Source of the DNA: Octopus vulgaris
Lineage: Eukaryota
DNA: 64,000 nucleotides
Reading direction: 5' to 3'
NCBI GenBank assembly: GCA_951406725.2
Contig: OX597827.1
Span: 13,020,001 to 13,084,000 of the forward strand
The notes under the pieces are model-generated. The model saw nothing but the letters and a program-made list of their open reading frames with translations, was not told the origin of the DNA and searched no databases. Positions 26,390 to 40,153 of the stretch are shown in pieces. Within the stretch, counting starts at the first letter, position 1. The number at the start of each line of letters is the position of its first letter. The position numbers and the translations under genes are program-made.

Positions 26390-27121
26390 AATAGTGTTGT
26401 CCTAAAATGACAGGGTGGTCACACCTGGAATGTCTGTGATCACGGGTCTGCTTGACTAGAGTTGACCTCAACAGCAACAAACAACAACAACAACAACAAC
26501 ATCAAGCAACAATAGTGTTGTCCTAAAGTGACAGGGTAGCCATAAAATGACAGGGTGGTCACACCTGGAATGTCTGTGATCATGGGTCTGCTTGACTAGA
26601 GTTGGCCTCAACAGCAACAAACAACAACAACAACAACAGCGAACAACAATAGTGTTGTCCTAAAGTGACAATGTAGCCATAAAATGACAGGGTGGTCACA
26701 CCTGGAATGTCTGTGATCATGGGTCTGCTTGACAAGAGTTGACCTCAACCACAACAAACAACAACAACAACAAACAACAATAGTGTTGTCCTAAAGTGAC
26801 AATGTAGCCATAAAATGACAGGGTGGTCACACCTGGAATGTCTGTGATCATGGGTCTGCTTGACTAGAGTTGACCTCAACAGCAACAAACAACAACAACA
26901 ACAACATTAAGCAACAATAGTGTTGTCCTAAAGTGACAAGGTAGCCATAAAATGACAGGGTGGTCACACCTGGAATGTCTGTGATCATGGGTCTGCTTGA
27001 CTAGAGTTGGCCTCAACAGCAACAAACAACAACAAAAACAACAACATCAAGCAACAATAGTGTTGTCCTAAAGTGTCAGGGTAGCCATAAAATGACAGGG
27101 TGGTCACACCTGGAATGTCTG
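26390..27121 (+). repeat. Tandem array, ~5.5 copies of a 121-140-bp unit ending in (CAA)n
   Basis: Unit starts AATAGTGTTGTCCTAAA at 26390, 26511, 26648, 26779, 26916 and 27056. Confidence 0.95.
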
Positions 27122-27847
27122 AACAATACAGCAGCAGCAGCAAGAATAACAGCCATAAATACAACAGAACAGCAAAAGATAGAAACTAGAATTATATGTG
27201 AAGCTCAATATTTGTTATTGCTTCGATAGCAATAACAACAACAATAATTACAATGACATCTCGTAAGACGAAAACCACACACACGTACAAAAAAGAAAGC
27301 AAGGAGAGAATATGAAAGAAACTTAAAGGAAACTATTTACTACAAAAGCATTTCTGCTATCATGATTTAGGGAGTTCATCATTCTTATAGTAAATCAATA
27401 TTTAGCCAGTGAGAAACTGGAATTTCCTGCTTAATAGAATGTAACTAAATGATCTGACACCTTGTAAATCAATGCACATTGATTGTGATATAAAACAAAA
27501 CCATATTATGTGTAGTACTTAGAATTGAGAGATTATGAAATGGCAGCAAATGCTAAATATCTCGATCAATGTTGCAGTTTTGGTAAATCCAATACTTAGA
27601 GTGAAAGAGACAAAACAATGCATTGTTAACAAGAAAGAGTTTATTGCTGCTATCAAACACGTTGTTATGAGAAGGAGGTGAATAGAAATATATAGAATTT
27701 CTTCTTTAAATTGCACCTTATTTTTCAGATATGACGAACCCGATATTATAGTGCCTTTTATGAGGCAAAAAAATCTGTTTAGCATCAGTTATTGACAGAT
27801 ATATATATATTTCGAAATGATCAAAACACGATACAATATATATATCA

Positions 27848-28245
27848 ATGTGTGTGTGTGTGTGTGTGTGTGTATGAGTGTGAGGGTGTGTCTGTGTGTA
27901 TGTGTGTGTGTGTGTGTGTATGGGTGTATGTGTGTGTGGGAGTGTGTGTATGGGTGCATGTGTGTGTGGGTGTGTGTGTATGGGTGTGTGTGTGTGGGAG
28001 AGAGAGAGAGAGTGTGTGTGTGTGTGTATGGGTGTGTGTGTGTCGGTGTGTGTGTGTGGGAGAGAGAGAGAGAGTGTGTGTGTGTGTATATGGGTGTGTG
28101 TGTGTGTATGGGTGTGTGTGTGTGTGTCGGTGTGTGTGTGTGTGGGAGAGAGAGTGTGTGTGTGTGTGTGTGTGTGTGTATGGGTGTGTGTGTGTGTATG
28201 TGTGTGTGTATGGGTGTGTGTGTGTGTTAATGTGTGTATGTGTGA
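27848..28245. repeat. Complex (GT)n/(GA)n tract
   Basis: Direct observation. Confidence 0.95.
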
Positions 28246-28825
28246 ATGCTTAAAACTATGGAGAAAAAGGAAATGCAAAACAAATATGAGTCATTCTTAA
28301 GGAGTTAAAAGAAATGTTAGTTCCTTAGAAATGAGATATCTTTTGTTTACAGTGTGAAGCACTGGCTCCATCTTGAATTCGGTAGAGCCTTCTTTGCGAA
28401 ACTGCAAAGTTCATAAAGTTGTTCTCATGTCCTCACTGTGGAAGCATCGAAATGATATGTTTTTCAACTGTTCTAAAATTTTGTGGGGAATTTTCATGGG
28501 TTTTAGAATATATATATATATCTAAAAGAGTAATGTTTTTAAGATAATAAATGTGTGTGCATGCTTGTGTGTGTGTGTGTGTGTTTGTGCATGCGCACGT
28601 GTGTGCATGAATGTATAAGAAAGACAAGCTAAAGCAAATAAGTGAGAGTAGCCACTGGCTGATTCTGCAAGACAGATGGGACATTCCTTGCATTTCAGGA
28701 AATTCCTGCTGGCATCCTGGAACCAGATGCCAACAAGGCCAAATACAGATGGTGGTCAAAGAGAGACAGTCCCATTTTTTTTTTTTGACATGGAATAATG
28801 AAGTCTTCTCCATTTTCTCTAGAGA

Positions 28826-29162
28826 CCACTTGCTAGAGAGGCCACTTGCTAGAGAGGTCACTTGCTAGAGAGGTCACTTGCTAGAGAGGCCACTTGCTAG
28901 AGAGGTCACTTGCTAGAGAGGCCACTTGCTAGAGAGGTCACTTGCTAGAGAGGCAACTTGCTAGAGAGGTCACTTGCTAGAGAGGCCACTTGCTAGAGAG
29001 GTCACTTGCTAGAGAGGCCACTTGCTAGAGCGGCCATTTGCTAGAGAGGCCACTTACTAGAGAGGCCACTTGCTAGAGAGGTCACTTTCTAGAGAGGCCA
29101 CTTGCTAGAGAGGTCACTTGCTAGAGAGGCCACTTGCTAGAGAGGTCACTTGCTAGAGAGGC
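28826..29162. repeat. 16-bp minisatellite (CACTTGCTAGAGAGGY), ~21 copies
   Basis: Direct tandem units; the last base largely alternates C/T. Confidence 0.95.
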
Positions 29163-29286
29163 AACAGGCCAATGGGTTTAGGGCCTGAAGAAATGCTGTA
29201 AAGCTAAGTGCTTTATGGATGTGAAACCCATAGAAACCCCATAGACTAGCCATATCTATCTTTATCTATCTTTACCTATCTTTCTA

Positions 29287-29379
<93 letters not shown>

Positions 29380-29639
29380 TGCATTTAAAGCAATGATTAG
29401 TAATTTATGAAACCAGTATGCTTTTAAATCTCTTTAACAATTCACAATAATGACTTTTATTACTTTTAGTCCTACCTCAGTTCATCTAATTGTATATATC
29501 TATCGTTACTTTTCATAAAAACCCTTTACTGTTTTTGATTTCCAATGTGCATTTTCGCTTATTTTTCTTCTTACTTTCCCCTTACATTTCCACGTGTAGT
29601 TTCTATTTTCTTTTTGTAACATATTTCTATTATACATAC

Positions 29640-29670
<31 letters not shown>

Positions 29671-29919
29671 TGTATGTATGTATGTATGTATGTATGTATC
29701 ATTTGATGCATTCTTGTGTGGTTGTACCCAATCTAAAGTCAACCAGTAATTTTGAATTTTGAATTCATGGGAACTTATCTCATGCAAGAACCATAGAAAT
29801 AGGACATTTTTTCTCTTTTTATCAGGTTTGAGAAATGAATGCTTCTGCTTTTAAAATCAGATTTGAACATTAGTTTAGTTGCCCCAATATATATTTTCTA
29901 CATTGGCACTGTATGTTAA

Positions 29920-30087
29920 CCCTTTCATTACTGTATTTATTTTGAGATGCTCTGTGTTTCTTTCAATTATTTTAGATATAACAAAAAATTTAGAAAAATA
30001 ACTTAGTTACCATTAAGCTAGTGTTAGTAATGTAAATTGGGACTAAAGTTTGGTGGAAAATTTTAATTCAAAACTTAAGAAAACAAC
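29920..30087. mobile_element. Truncated piggyBac-like MITE
   Basis: TTAA|CCCTTTCATTACTGTATTT matches the element at 52722. Confidence 0.75.
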
Positions 30088-30363
30088 TGAGACATTCAGT
30101 AACAGTTCTTTAAAGTAAAGGCTATTTGCCAACACAATGTCCTGGAAAGGACAAATGCTACTGTTGTTTAACCCCAGGAAGCATCATTTCCAGCTGGCTA
30201 TATGACACAATATCTGTATCCTTATATTTTCAAAGAGGGAATCCAGTACTCCGATCCAACATAAGACAACATCTGTGGACTGGTTTCTGGGTTATTACCC
30301 TTTATCAACAGAGTAGCTGCTTGGCTAGGTGGCACTGCTGAATTCCTCATATGAAAATATGTA

Positions 30364-30695
30364 GGCGCAGGAGTGGCTGTGTGGTAAATAGCCTGCTTAC
30401 CAACCACACGGTTCCGGGTTCAGTCCCACTGCGTGGCACCTTGGGCAAGTGTCTTCTAATATAGCCTAAGGCCGACCAAAGCCTTGTGAGTGGATTTGGT
30501 AGACAGAAACTGAAAAGAAGCCCGTCATATATATGTATATGTATATATATATGCGTGTGTGTGTTTGTGTGTCTGTGTTTATCCCCCTAGCATTGTTTGA
30601 CAACCGATGCTGGTGTGTTTATGTCCCCATTACTTAGCAGTTCGGCAAAAGAGACCGATAGAATAAGTACTGGGCTTACAAAAGAGTAAAGAGAG
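30364..30695 (+). mobile_element. SINE family A
   Basis: Copy with a shortened tail. Confidence 0.85.
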
Positions 30696-31154
30696 TGTTC
30701 AAAGTGACACACAGTCACTGATCTAAATAAATAGAAACATTATTATTTCTGAATCTCTCAATAACAGTTCTTTAAAGTAAAAGCTATTTGCCATCATAAT
30801 GTGGCCGTCCTGGAAGGGACAAATGTTACTGATGTTTAAGGATTGAGATAACATCTTTATATTCTCTCATCAAAATGCAGAGTTCATTCAATGACCTAAT
30901 GATAGAAGGAAGCAGAAACTGGAATGAAAGCCATCTTCACATTTCTAAAAAGAACACAAAATCCGACATAAATTAGCTGATCCCACTGAAGAAATTGAAC
31001 TCAAAGTTCAAGCAAGCCAATAAGATACTCTTCTTTGCAGTAATACTGCCCGACTTTATAGTTGTAAACTTGTACAGTATTTATAAGCAGCTTGGTGGAT
31101 TCAGTTGATGAAAGATAAGAGATTTTGCAATGGATAAAATAAAGTGCCAATGGT

Positions 31155-31351
31155 ACTCTTTTACTCTTTTACTTGTTTCAGGCCATGCTGGAGCACTGCC
31201 TTCAGTCGAGCAAATCGACCCCAGGACTTATTCTTTGTAAGCCCAGTACTTATTCTATCGATCTCTTTTGCCGAACCGCTAAGTGACGGGGACGTAAACA
31301 CACCAGCATCGGTTGTCAAGCAATGCTAGGGGGACAAACACAGACACACAA

Positions 31352-31384
<33 letters not shown>

Positions 31385-31556
31385 CATATATACGACAGGC
31401 TTCTTTCAGTTTCCGTCTACCAAATCCACTCACAAGGCATTGGTCGGCCCGGGGCTATAGCAGAAGACACTTGCCCAAGATGCCACACAGTGGGACTGAA
31501 CCCAGAACCTTGTGGTTGGTTAGCAAGCTACTTACCACACAGCCACTCCTGCGCCT
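31155..31556 (-). mobile_element. SINE family A
   Basis: Near full-length reverse copy. Confidence 0.9.
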
Positions 31557-32537
31557 ATATTCACTGACAATTTCTTACTTGGTTTGTTCAAAAGGAAACA
31601 TGGATGAAAATGGTATAGTTTGTGGAGAAGGGCTGCTCATGAAATTTATAAGCCATTTTAATGGCAACCCACAAGAAATTCCTTCTAGTTCTATGTCACA
31701 AAATTCAGTTTTGAACTGTCCATATTTAAATTTAAGCTTTCCATCATAATTTTATGTGAGAATTTCTTGGTAGCTCATGTTCTAAACACCCCGTGAATAA
31801 TGGCAAATATAGTTATTTCCCTACATCTCTCCCCAAATTGAAGAATATTCTGGAAATAAATTGAAATAACATAGGCAGTCACGAACAGGTTAAGGTATGT
31901 GATAGGGTTGAACTGAACAGTGGTGACATGTGCAGGAAGAGGAGGAGAGGAGGAGAGGAGGATATATTAAGTAGGTATAGTTAGGGGAAGGCATGCAGTC
32001 AGCAATTTTATTGAGACAGATGCCATTAAGTTAGAAGATACAGAGGGAAAGATAAAGTTGAATGATGCGCTTGTTATTTGCCTATAGATGGCTGCCTTTT
32101 GCAGAGGTGGGGGGACATCTTGATTGCCTACTTTCGAAGGATTTTTCAGGAGGTAGGGGAATATTTTGATTGTTTATTGCTTAAAGGAATTTGATGTCTC
32201 CTTTACAAATTTTTCTTTTATATCAAAATTTGGGAACAATACTTGCTTACAAGTTTCCCCTGTGAGCCTATAATTGAGCTACCACTGTATCTCTGTTGGT
32301 GACAGTGACAAGTGAGTGTCTACAGAATAAATATCTCAATGGATTTACTTATTAAAGCTTCTTTTTATTTCTTTATTTCTTTATTTTATTTATTTAAATT
32401 TTTTTTTTGCTTTTTCTTTAAGTTCTTGAAATCATTATATCTGACAGCGAAATACAATAGTAATAAACAAACGAACATACACACAGACATTTATACAAAT
32501 TTAAATTTTTAAATTTCATTTCCCATCATGCATAGCC

Positions 32538-32868
<331 letters not shown>

Positions 32869-34919
32869 TGAAGGGTCTTCTGCACAATTTCTGACTTAGC
32901 TATTTCCCCTTGCAAAGTATTGGTCAGCATGAAACTACAGACAGAGAAGACAGACGGATCGGCAGACCAGGTAGGCAGAGAGAAAAACAGACAGAATAGC
33001 GGTCAGTATGAGACTACTGTTGTAGGGAACATGTGGGAATAACCCCCCACCCTCACCCACAAGTAAATGGCTGCAAAGTAAATTTGCTAAGCATACAGTC
33101 ATGTCTGATTCCATTACTTTAAGTATGAGTCATTTGTTCAGCAATGATATTCTTTAACCTCACACATTTTATAACAGACAAATCAATAAAGTTAGTTAGT
33201 TAATGTAAGCCAGGATTGAACTATATTTCTCATATTTCAGTCTGAATATTTGCTAAAGTATACTAGTCTTGACATTGCTCTAAAATCAATAAGTAATGAT
33301 AAATAATAAAAAATAATAAAATATCATTAAAGTACAAAATTTATTCCATGCTAAAAGCCATAAACAACAATATACTGACCTGACTATTAATATTCCAGTC
33401 GAGTAAAAGCCATAACATAGCGGAAATATAAAGTAAAAAAAAAAATAAAATAATAAAATAATAAAAAAAAAAATGAAATAATAAAAAAGACAGCAAAAGC
33501 AATATTTTTGCAATTATTGATGGAAATAATAAAATACAAGCAAAAACGAAATATCGGACATCATCAACAACTATAATGATTTTAAACACATTTAATAGAA
33601 AAAAAAAATATATATAAATAAAACAAATGACCAAATGACAATAACAAAAATACAACAATAACAGAAATGAAAACATTCAACAATGCTACAAACATTGCAA
33701 CAGGTGCTAAAATTAATTTAATCAAAATAAATGCAGACCAGTGTTTTTGATTATAGAAAATTAAAATAAAATTCTTTGTCAGTCAGCCTTCCTTTATCAA
33801 TAATAGTTTCCATGGGATTATTAAAAAAACATTTTCAATATAGAATAACTTTTGCTAATGAATTCTTAGAATATTTTGCATAGCTTATTTCTTCAGGAAT
33901 CGTTGTCGTATGCCACTTAGAATTACTAAAGTGTTTGATTTACATATCCGTATTGACTTTAAGAATATATGTAAATAGCTGGTGTTAAAATCAAATATAT
34001 TTAGCAAGAAAAATGCTATGCTATGTCTACAAACTATTAACAGCATATCAAGCATAAATGTAGCTGTAGTATTTGTATTGCTGTTGAAGTTTATATATGA
34101 TAAAACATTTCTAAAGCTTATCCTACAACTTCCTACTTGAGGTTATTATATACATTAATTCATATTGAATAAATTATCTTGCATTACTTTATGTCTATCA
34201 GGATTCAACATCTAAGTTCTTTTGAAGCTAAAAGGCACTGAGTAACTGAACAAATATAATTCCACCCTATGTAGCAATCTTAAAAGTTGTTAAATTAGCA
34301 TTAACATATTTAAAGTAATGAGCATCAAAAAACCTAATTTAAAATAGTTTCATGGTGAAGAAACGACAATATTAGCTCAATGACGCATATTATATAAATG
34401 CTGTGGAGTACCATTGAATAAATCTATAGATTTTAGTCAAGACTGTGAGTAAGAAACAGATGTAACTCTGCATAACTTCTCTTTTCATAGATTGAAAAAT
34501 AAGGAACAGCTGGTCTAGTTTTATTCCTGTATTGGGATTTCACCAAAAACTGAGTACCATCTTTAACTGTACATGGAATCACTATTATAAATTCACTATT
34601 TGAAAGTAAATCAATTTGCATATGTAATGTTATTTCACCAAATTCTGTTGAGAAGATACTAAGAATACAGTAGAAAACATTTGCTCAAAGTGTCATACAG
34701 TGCAATTTAATGTGATTGCAATATGAACATCCAAACCATTTAGCCATGTCCACACTGGTCCACAATTCACTATGGTGGGTCAAAAAAAAATCAACAAAAA
34801 CTGGAATTTACAAGGGAACTTCTTTGTAAATATTTCACATGTTCAATGTAGCATTCAAATGTCTTGCAACATTTTCTTTTTCAACCTTAAACCTGGGATT
34901 GCCTCAGTTTTATAATACA

Positions 34920-35223
34920 CTAGCAGTATCTCCCGGCGTTGCTCAGGTTTGTAAGGGAAATAACTATATAAGCATTTAATAGAGAGTTACTTCCTTTATA
35001 TAATAGCAAAAAAATGCATTATAAATGGGAAAAAATGATGGTAAATTTTCTTTTAAATCATAGACTCATCGTAGATGTGCGCTAATATGCAGAAGGGCTT
35101 GATATGAATCACGACTATAAGATACCCAGTTTTGGTTAAACTGCACCGCAAAATGTGGGAGTAGTTAGGAATCTAAATCGTAGGAGACAGAGACTCACAC
35201 AACTTCACTTTTATATATAAAGA
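34920..35223 (-). mobile_element. Non-autonomous Helitron
   Basis: 5' TCTTTATATATAAAAG and 3' hairpin + CTAG; A^T insertion. The 3' ~130 bp are shared with 6175-6558. Confidence 0.8.
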
Positions 35224-35599
35224 TATCTGCCTATTTTAGCGTTCATATTTATGTAATAATATTTCGTTAAGTTTTGTACAAAGCAATGGTTTAATAGTGA
35301 AAAATGTCAATTATTTTACTAAATCCCTTCTAAAATTTTGATATGTTTGAAAATCATGCTGAAACACATGGCCAATGTATTTCATAAAGACATATGGTCA
35401 TGGAAAGGTCACAATATAGAACATGAGTCTGTAATAAGTATTAAGACAAAATGCCCTTAATAAAGATATTGTTTTCAGATGATCTTTGTGGAGCTAATGG
35501 CTCATCAAAGTTGGTCTTCCTACATGAAAACCAACTATGCTTATCTCTAGCTTCATGACACAAACCAGATAAGACATAAATCTTTCTCTGATTTGAATA

Positions 35600-35990
35600 C
35601 CAGTATATTCTTTATAATTTTCACTTCCAAAGATCCTTCATTGAAATTTAAGCATCAACGAACGGTATTTTTGTTTATTTGTATGTATATGTGCAGATTT
35701 GTATGTTTTGTTTTAGGTATGTATTCTCATGCATATAGTTGCATATCTTGGCATGCTCAATATATACTTAAATGATAAACTTCTGGAAAGTTTTACAGGT
35801 TTTTACAGTTCCAGTGATGGCTTGGATCTGCAGTCTTCGAATCAGCTTTCTCTTTTTCGGTTTCAAGAAGCCTAATTTCTCAAGATCGATATTTAGGCAG
35901 TGTATTACATATCCCAGTGCCCCAATAATTACAAGTATAAACCTGAACTTGTGATCTGGATTGAGTAGTTGCAAATTTTTCAATAGTTCA
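35600..35990 (-). mobile_element. R4/Dong-like RLE retrotransposon 3' end next to (TATG)n
   Basis: IIGALGYV..L..DLEKLG...IRRLQIQAITGTVK..KTF.KF is typical of the RLE C-terminus. Confidence 0.75.
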
Positions 35991-36834
35991 TATGTATATA
36001 TGTATGTTTGTATGTATGTATGTATCTATGTATGTATGTATGTATGTATGTATGTATGTATGTATGTATGTATGTATGTATGTATGTATGTATGTATGTA
36101 TGTATGCATGTATGCAAACAGACATTTATGCATACTTTCACACATAATATATATATTGATATATATATATATACATACATATATATATACACATACATAT
36201 ATATATATATACATACACACACACACATATATATTTATATATATATATATATATGATTCTTGCATATTTGAAAGTTTTGCAACTCAACAAGGAGTTAAAA
36301 ACCTTAAAAAAACCAACCAGATCAATAGTATTGTTCTTGTATATTAATAGAACATCTATCTTTACAATAACCCTCTTGACATACATTCCATCTTCATAGG
36401 AATTAAGTGAAAATCTCCTTTACCATTTCCGAATAACCTCCTCCATTGCACCTCCGCCTGCAATCCAACTCAGCCACCCCCCATCACCCAACCCCCAACC
36501 CACCCAGCTTATTATTATTATTATTGGAAGTCGAATACCTTCATTTTGAAAACTATGCAGGCGGATTAAGCAGCAGATTAATCCGAAATTCTCCACAGTC
36601 ATATCAAGAAGTAAAATCTAATTTGTATCAAAAAATTAATTCACACTTCATTCAACCACAATGATAAGTATATTAGATATGAGGTTGGGAAATATACTGA
36701 CAGATGTAGGTTATTGGCACTGCTTAGTCATCCTGAACAGTTGTGTATCGTTCATCATTTTTATTGTACTTATATACACAGGGTGAGCTAAAATTCACAC
36801 ACCAAAACATCTGATTTTTTTTTTTATTGTATTA

Positions 36835-37005
36835 CATTATTATTATTATTATTGTTTTTTTCCCCTTCTTTCTTCAAATTTTCTTCCATTTCTCGCCGAG
36901 TGCTTTCTGTACACCTAGGGCAGAGAAGCTCATTGTATGCATTCCCAGATTACACACTCAAATTCACAGGTAAAATATTTATTTAAAAAATTAATAAATA
37001 AATAA
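36835..37005 (-). mobile_element. Possible Dong-like 3' UTR ending in (TAA)n
   Basis: Minus strand CCCTAGGTGTACAGAAAGCACTCGGC..., an A-rich end, then (TAA)n. Confidence 0.35.
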
Positions 37006-37262
37006 ATTCATGAATGGATGTTATTTTTCACAGCGATAATGCTCTTCTCAGTACATGAGTGGTTCCAGTTAACATGATTTTTTGCACTTCCTATATATAT
37101 ATATATGCAAGAAGGCTTCTTTCAGTTTCCATCTACCAAATCTACTGACAAGGTATTGGTCGACCCAATAGTAAAAAAAAACTTGCCCAGAGTGCTACAG
37201 AGTGCTTACGTCTGAGAAGCAAAGATCTTTACCACACAACCACAACTGATATACATATATGT

Positions 37263-37684
37263 ACTCTTTACTCTTTTACTCTTTTACTTGTTTCAGTCAT
37301 TTGACTGTAGCCATGCTGGAGCACCGCCTTTGGTCGAGCAACTCGACCCCAGGACTTATTCTTTTTGTAAGCCAAGTACTTATTCTATCAGTCTCTTTTT
37401 GCCGAACCACTAAGTGATGGGGACTTAAACACACCAGCATCGGTTGTCAAGCAATGCTAGGGGGACAAACACAGACACACAAACACACAAACACACACAC
37501 ATACATATATATACATATATACAACAGGCTTCTTTCAGTTTCCGTCTACCAAATCCACTCACAAGGCATTGGTCGACCGGGGCTATAGCAGAAGACACTT
37601 GCCCAAGATGCCACACAGTGGGATTGAACCCGGAACCATGTGGTTGGTTAGCAAGCTACTTACCACACAGCCACTCCTGCGCCT
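37263..37684 (-). mobile_element. SINE family A
   Basis: Full-length reverse copy. Confidence 0.9.
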
Positions 37685-37920
37685 AATGTATATAAAAACA
37701 AAATATCAAGGATAGTCATAGCTGGTATAGTGTTGAGCATGGATTTACTTAGTCAAGGCTAACCCATGGTTAAATAGAAACAACAAATAATATACCCTAC
37801 TAAAATAATGCGACAGGGGTATGCTATGTAACATGGCTGTATATCATAACAAGTATGTGTAACACATATGTAGAAATAAGTGATAGATGGATGCAACAGA
37901 TGTTTAAGAAAGGATACAGT

Positions 37921-38333
37921 TGGCTGTGTGGTAAGTAGCTTGCTTACCCACCACATGGTTCCGGGTTCAGTCCCACTGCGTGGCACCTTGGGCAAGTGTC
38001 TTCTACTATAGCCTTGGGCCGACCAGAGCCTTGTGAGTGGATTTGGTAGATGGAAACTGAAAGAAGCCCGTCGTATATATGTATGTATATATGTGTATGT
38101 ATATGTGAGTGTATGTTTGTGTGTCTGTGTTTGTCCGACCAACATCGCTTAACAACCGATGCTGGTGTGTTTACGACCCAGTAACTTAGCGGTTCGGTAA
38201 AAGTGACCGATAGAATAAGTACTGGGCTTACAAAGAATAAGTGTTGGGGTCGATTTGATCGACTAAAGGCGGTGCTCCAGCATGGCCATAGTCAAATGAC
38301 TGAAACAAGTAAACGAGTAAACGAGTAAACGAG
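37921..38333 (+). mobile_element. SINE family A
   Basis: Near full-length; (GTAAACGA)n tail. Confidence 0.9.
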
Positions 38334-38880
38334 ATATGATGTGATACACAAAATTGGTTGAACAAAAATTAAGATTTTACTGAATTGATTCATATATTTT
38401 AAAACTCAAACGGTGGGCATTAATATTGTATGATACACATTTCCAATAGCTACTCACTGGTTTAATTGCATTCATGACAACAAAAGAAACAACAGAGTCT
38501 GTTAACTATAGTAACTTCATTTAAAGAGCATTGGATTTTTACTAATATGATTTTTACTTCTTAGACGTAAGCACTCTGTAGCACTCTGGGCAAGTTTTCT
38601 TTTACTATAGCCTTGGGTCAACCAATACCTTGTCAGTGGATTTGGTAGATGGAAACTGAAAGAAGCCTTCTTGTATATATATATATATATATATATATAT
38701 TCAGGAGTTCATGGAAAGAGCCATGGAAAGGTCAATGCTTGGTATCTCGTACATAGTTTACTGATAAACATAGGCAAATTATATGCATACATATATCCAC
38801 ACATGAATATATTATACACATACATATGCACATGTATGAATATTTATATTTATATATGTGTGTATATATATATGTATATA

Positions 38881-38930
<50 letters not shown>

Positions 38931-39003
38931 TGTATGTATTGGGATGCATATACATACACACACATACATATGCATATCTCTCTCCTGATATTTATACTGT
39001 GAC

Positions 39004-39220
39004 CAAGGCGGCAAGCTAGCAAAATCATTAGCATACCAGGTAAAATGCTTAGTAGCATTTCATCTGCCTTTACCTTCTGAGTTCAAATTCTGTCAAAGTC
39101 GACTCAGCCCTTAATCCTTTCTGGGTCAATAAAATAAATACTGGCTGAGCACTGAAGTCGATGAAATTGATTTACCCACTTACCCCAAAATTACTGGCTT
39201 TGTGCCAATGTTTGAAACCA
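39004..39220 (+). mobile_element. SINE family B, alternative tail
   Basis: Tail CCCCAAAATTACTGGCTTTGTGCCAATGTTTGAAACC. Diverged 16-bp TSD at 38988-39003 and 39221-39236. Confidence 0.8.
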
Positions 39221-39925
39221 ATATTTGTACCGTGGCTGTATAAATACCAGGAGCGAGATTTTTTCTTCATGTCTACATGTTATAAAATATATCTTAGCAG
39301 AAACAATGATTAAACCACTGGACACATCATAAAACATACTAATGCTGCTTTAGGTCATTTTTTATATTCATACGACACTGGTTATATTAACTATGAAGTT
39401 CATTACTTTACCTTGGTCTCTCTCTCTCTCTCTCTCTCTTTCTTTCTAAATGCATGTGTTCATTCAAACATTCACAGTTACATATATCTTATTTGGAACT
39501 GGTTTTCAAAACACATAACAGCATGTAACTATTGGATTTGAAAAACCTTTAGGATAGAAAAAGTTAAGACTGCCCATGGGATGAGAACCCACATCTCCTG
39601 TACACAAAGAGTTTTACTACATAATATTTAGATGCTATCATTTATAGCATTTATCTATTTTGAGAATCAGTTCCAAAAAAGAAATATTTCACATTTTCTC
39701 CAAAGTTTATAAATTCTTATATCATCAATAACATATGTATGTATATATATAATGGACTCTCCCTTTGGCTTCGACATATGAGGATCTGACAACCTACTCT
39801 TTCTTTGTCAGTCATAATGCTCATGTTGAATGTGACATATAAGTCCCTCTAACGATTTACAAAAAAAGCCCACAGATCTTACAAGTATGAGGATTACAGG
39901 TCAGTGCTGGTGGTATATTTGCAGC

Positions 39926-40153
39926 GGCGAGCTGGCAGAAACGTTAGCACGCTGGGCGAAGTGCTTAGTTGTAATTCGTCTGTCTTTACGTTCCGAGTTC
40001 AAATTCTGCCAAGGTCAACTTCGCCTTTCATCCTTTCGGGGTCGATAAATTAAGTACCAGTTACGCTCTGGGGTCGATGTAATCGACTTAATCTGTTTGT
40101 CTGTCCTTGTTTGTCCTCTCTGTGTTTAGCCCCTCGTCGGTAGTAAAGAAATA
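39926..40153 (+). mobile_element. SINE family B
   Basis: 14-bp TSD GGTATATTTGCAGC at 39912-39925 and 40154-40167. Confidence 0.9.

Noticed and set aside
27534-27794. Plus-strand two-exon mini-ORF with a ~50-bp intron
   Set aside because: Weak donor, very short intron and no homology; likely chance.
26390-29162. Arrays as CRISPR-like repeat-spacer loci
   Set aside because: There are no unique spacers (only variable CAA runs or none), no cas genes, and the context is eukaryotic.
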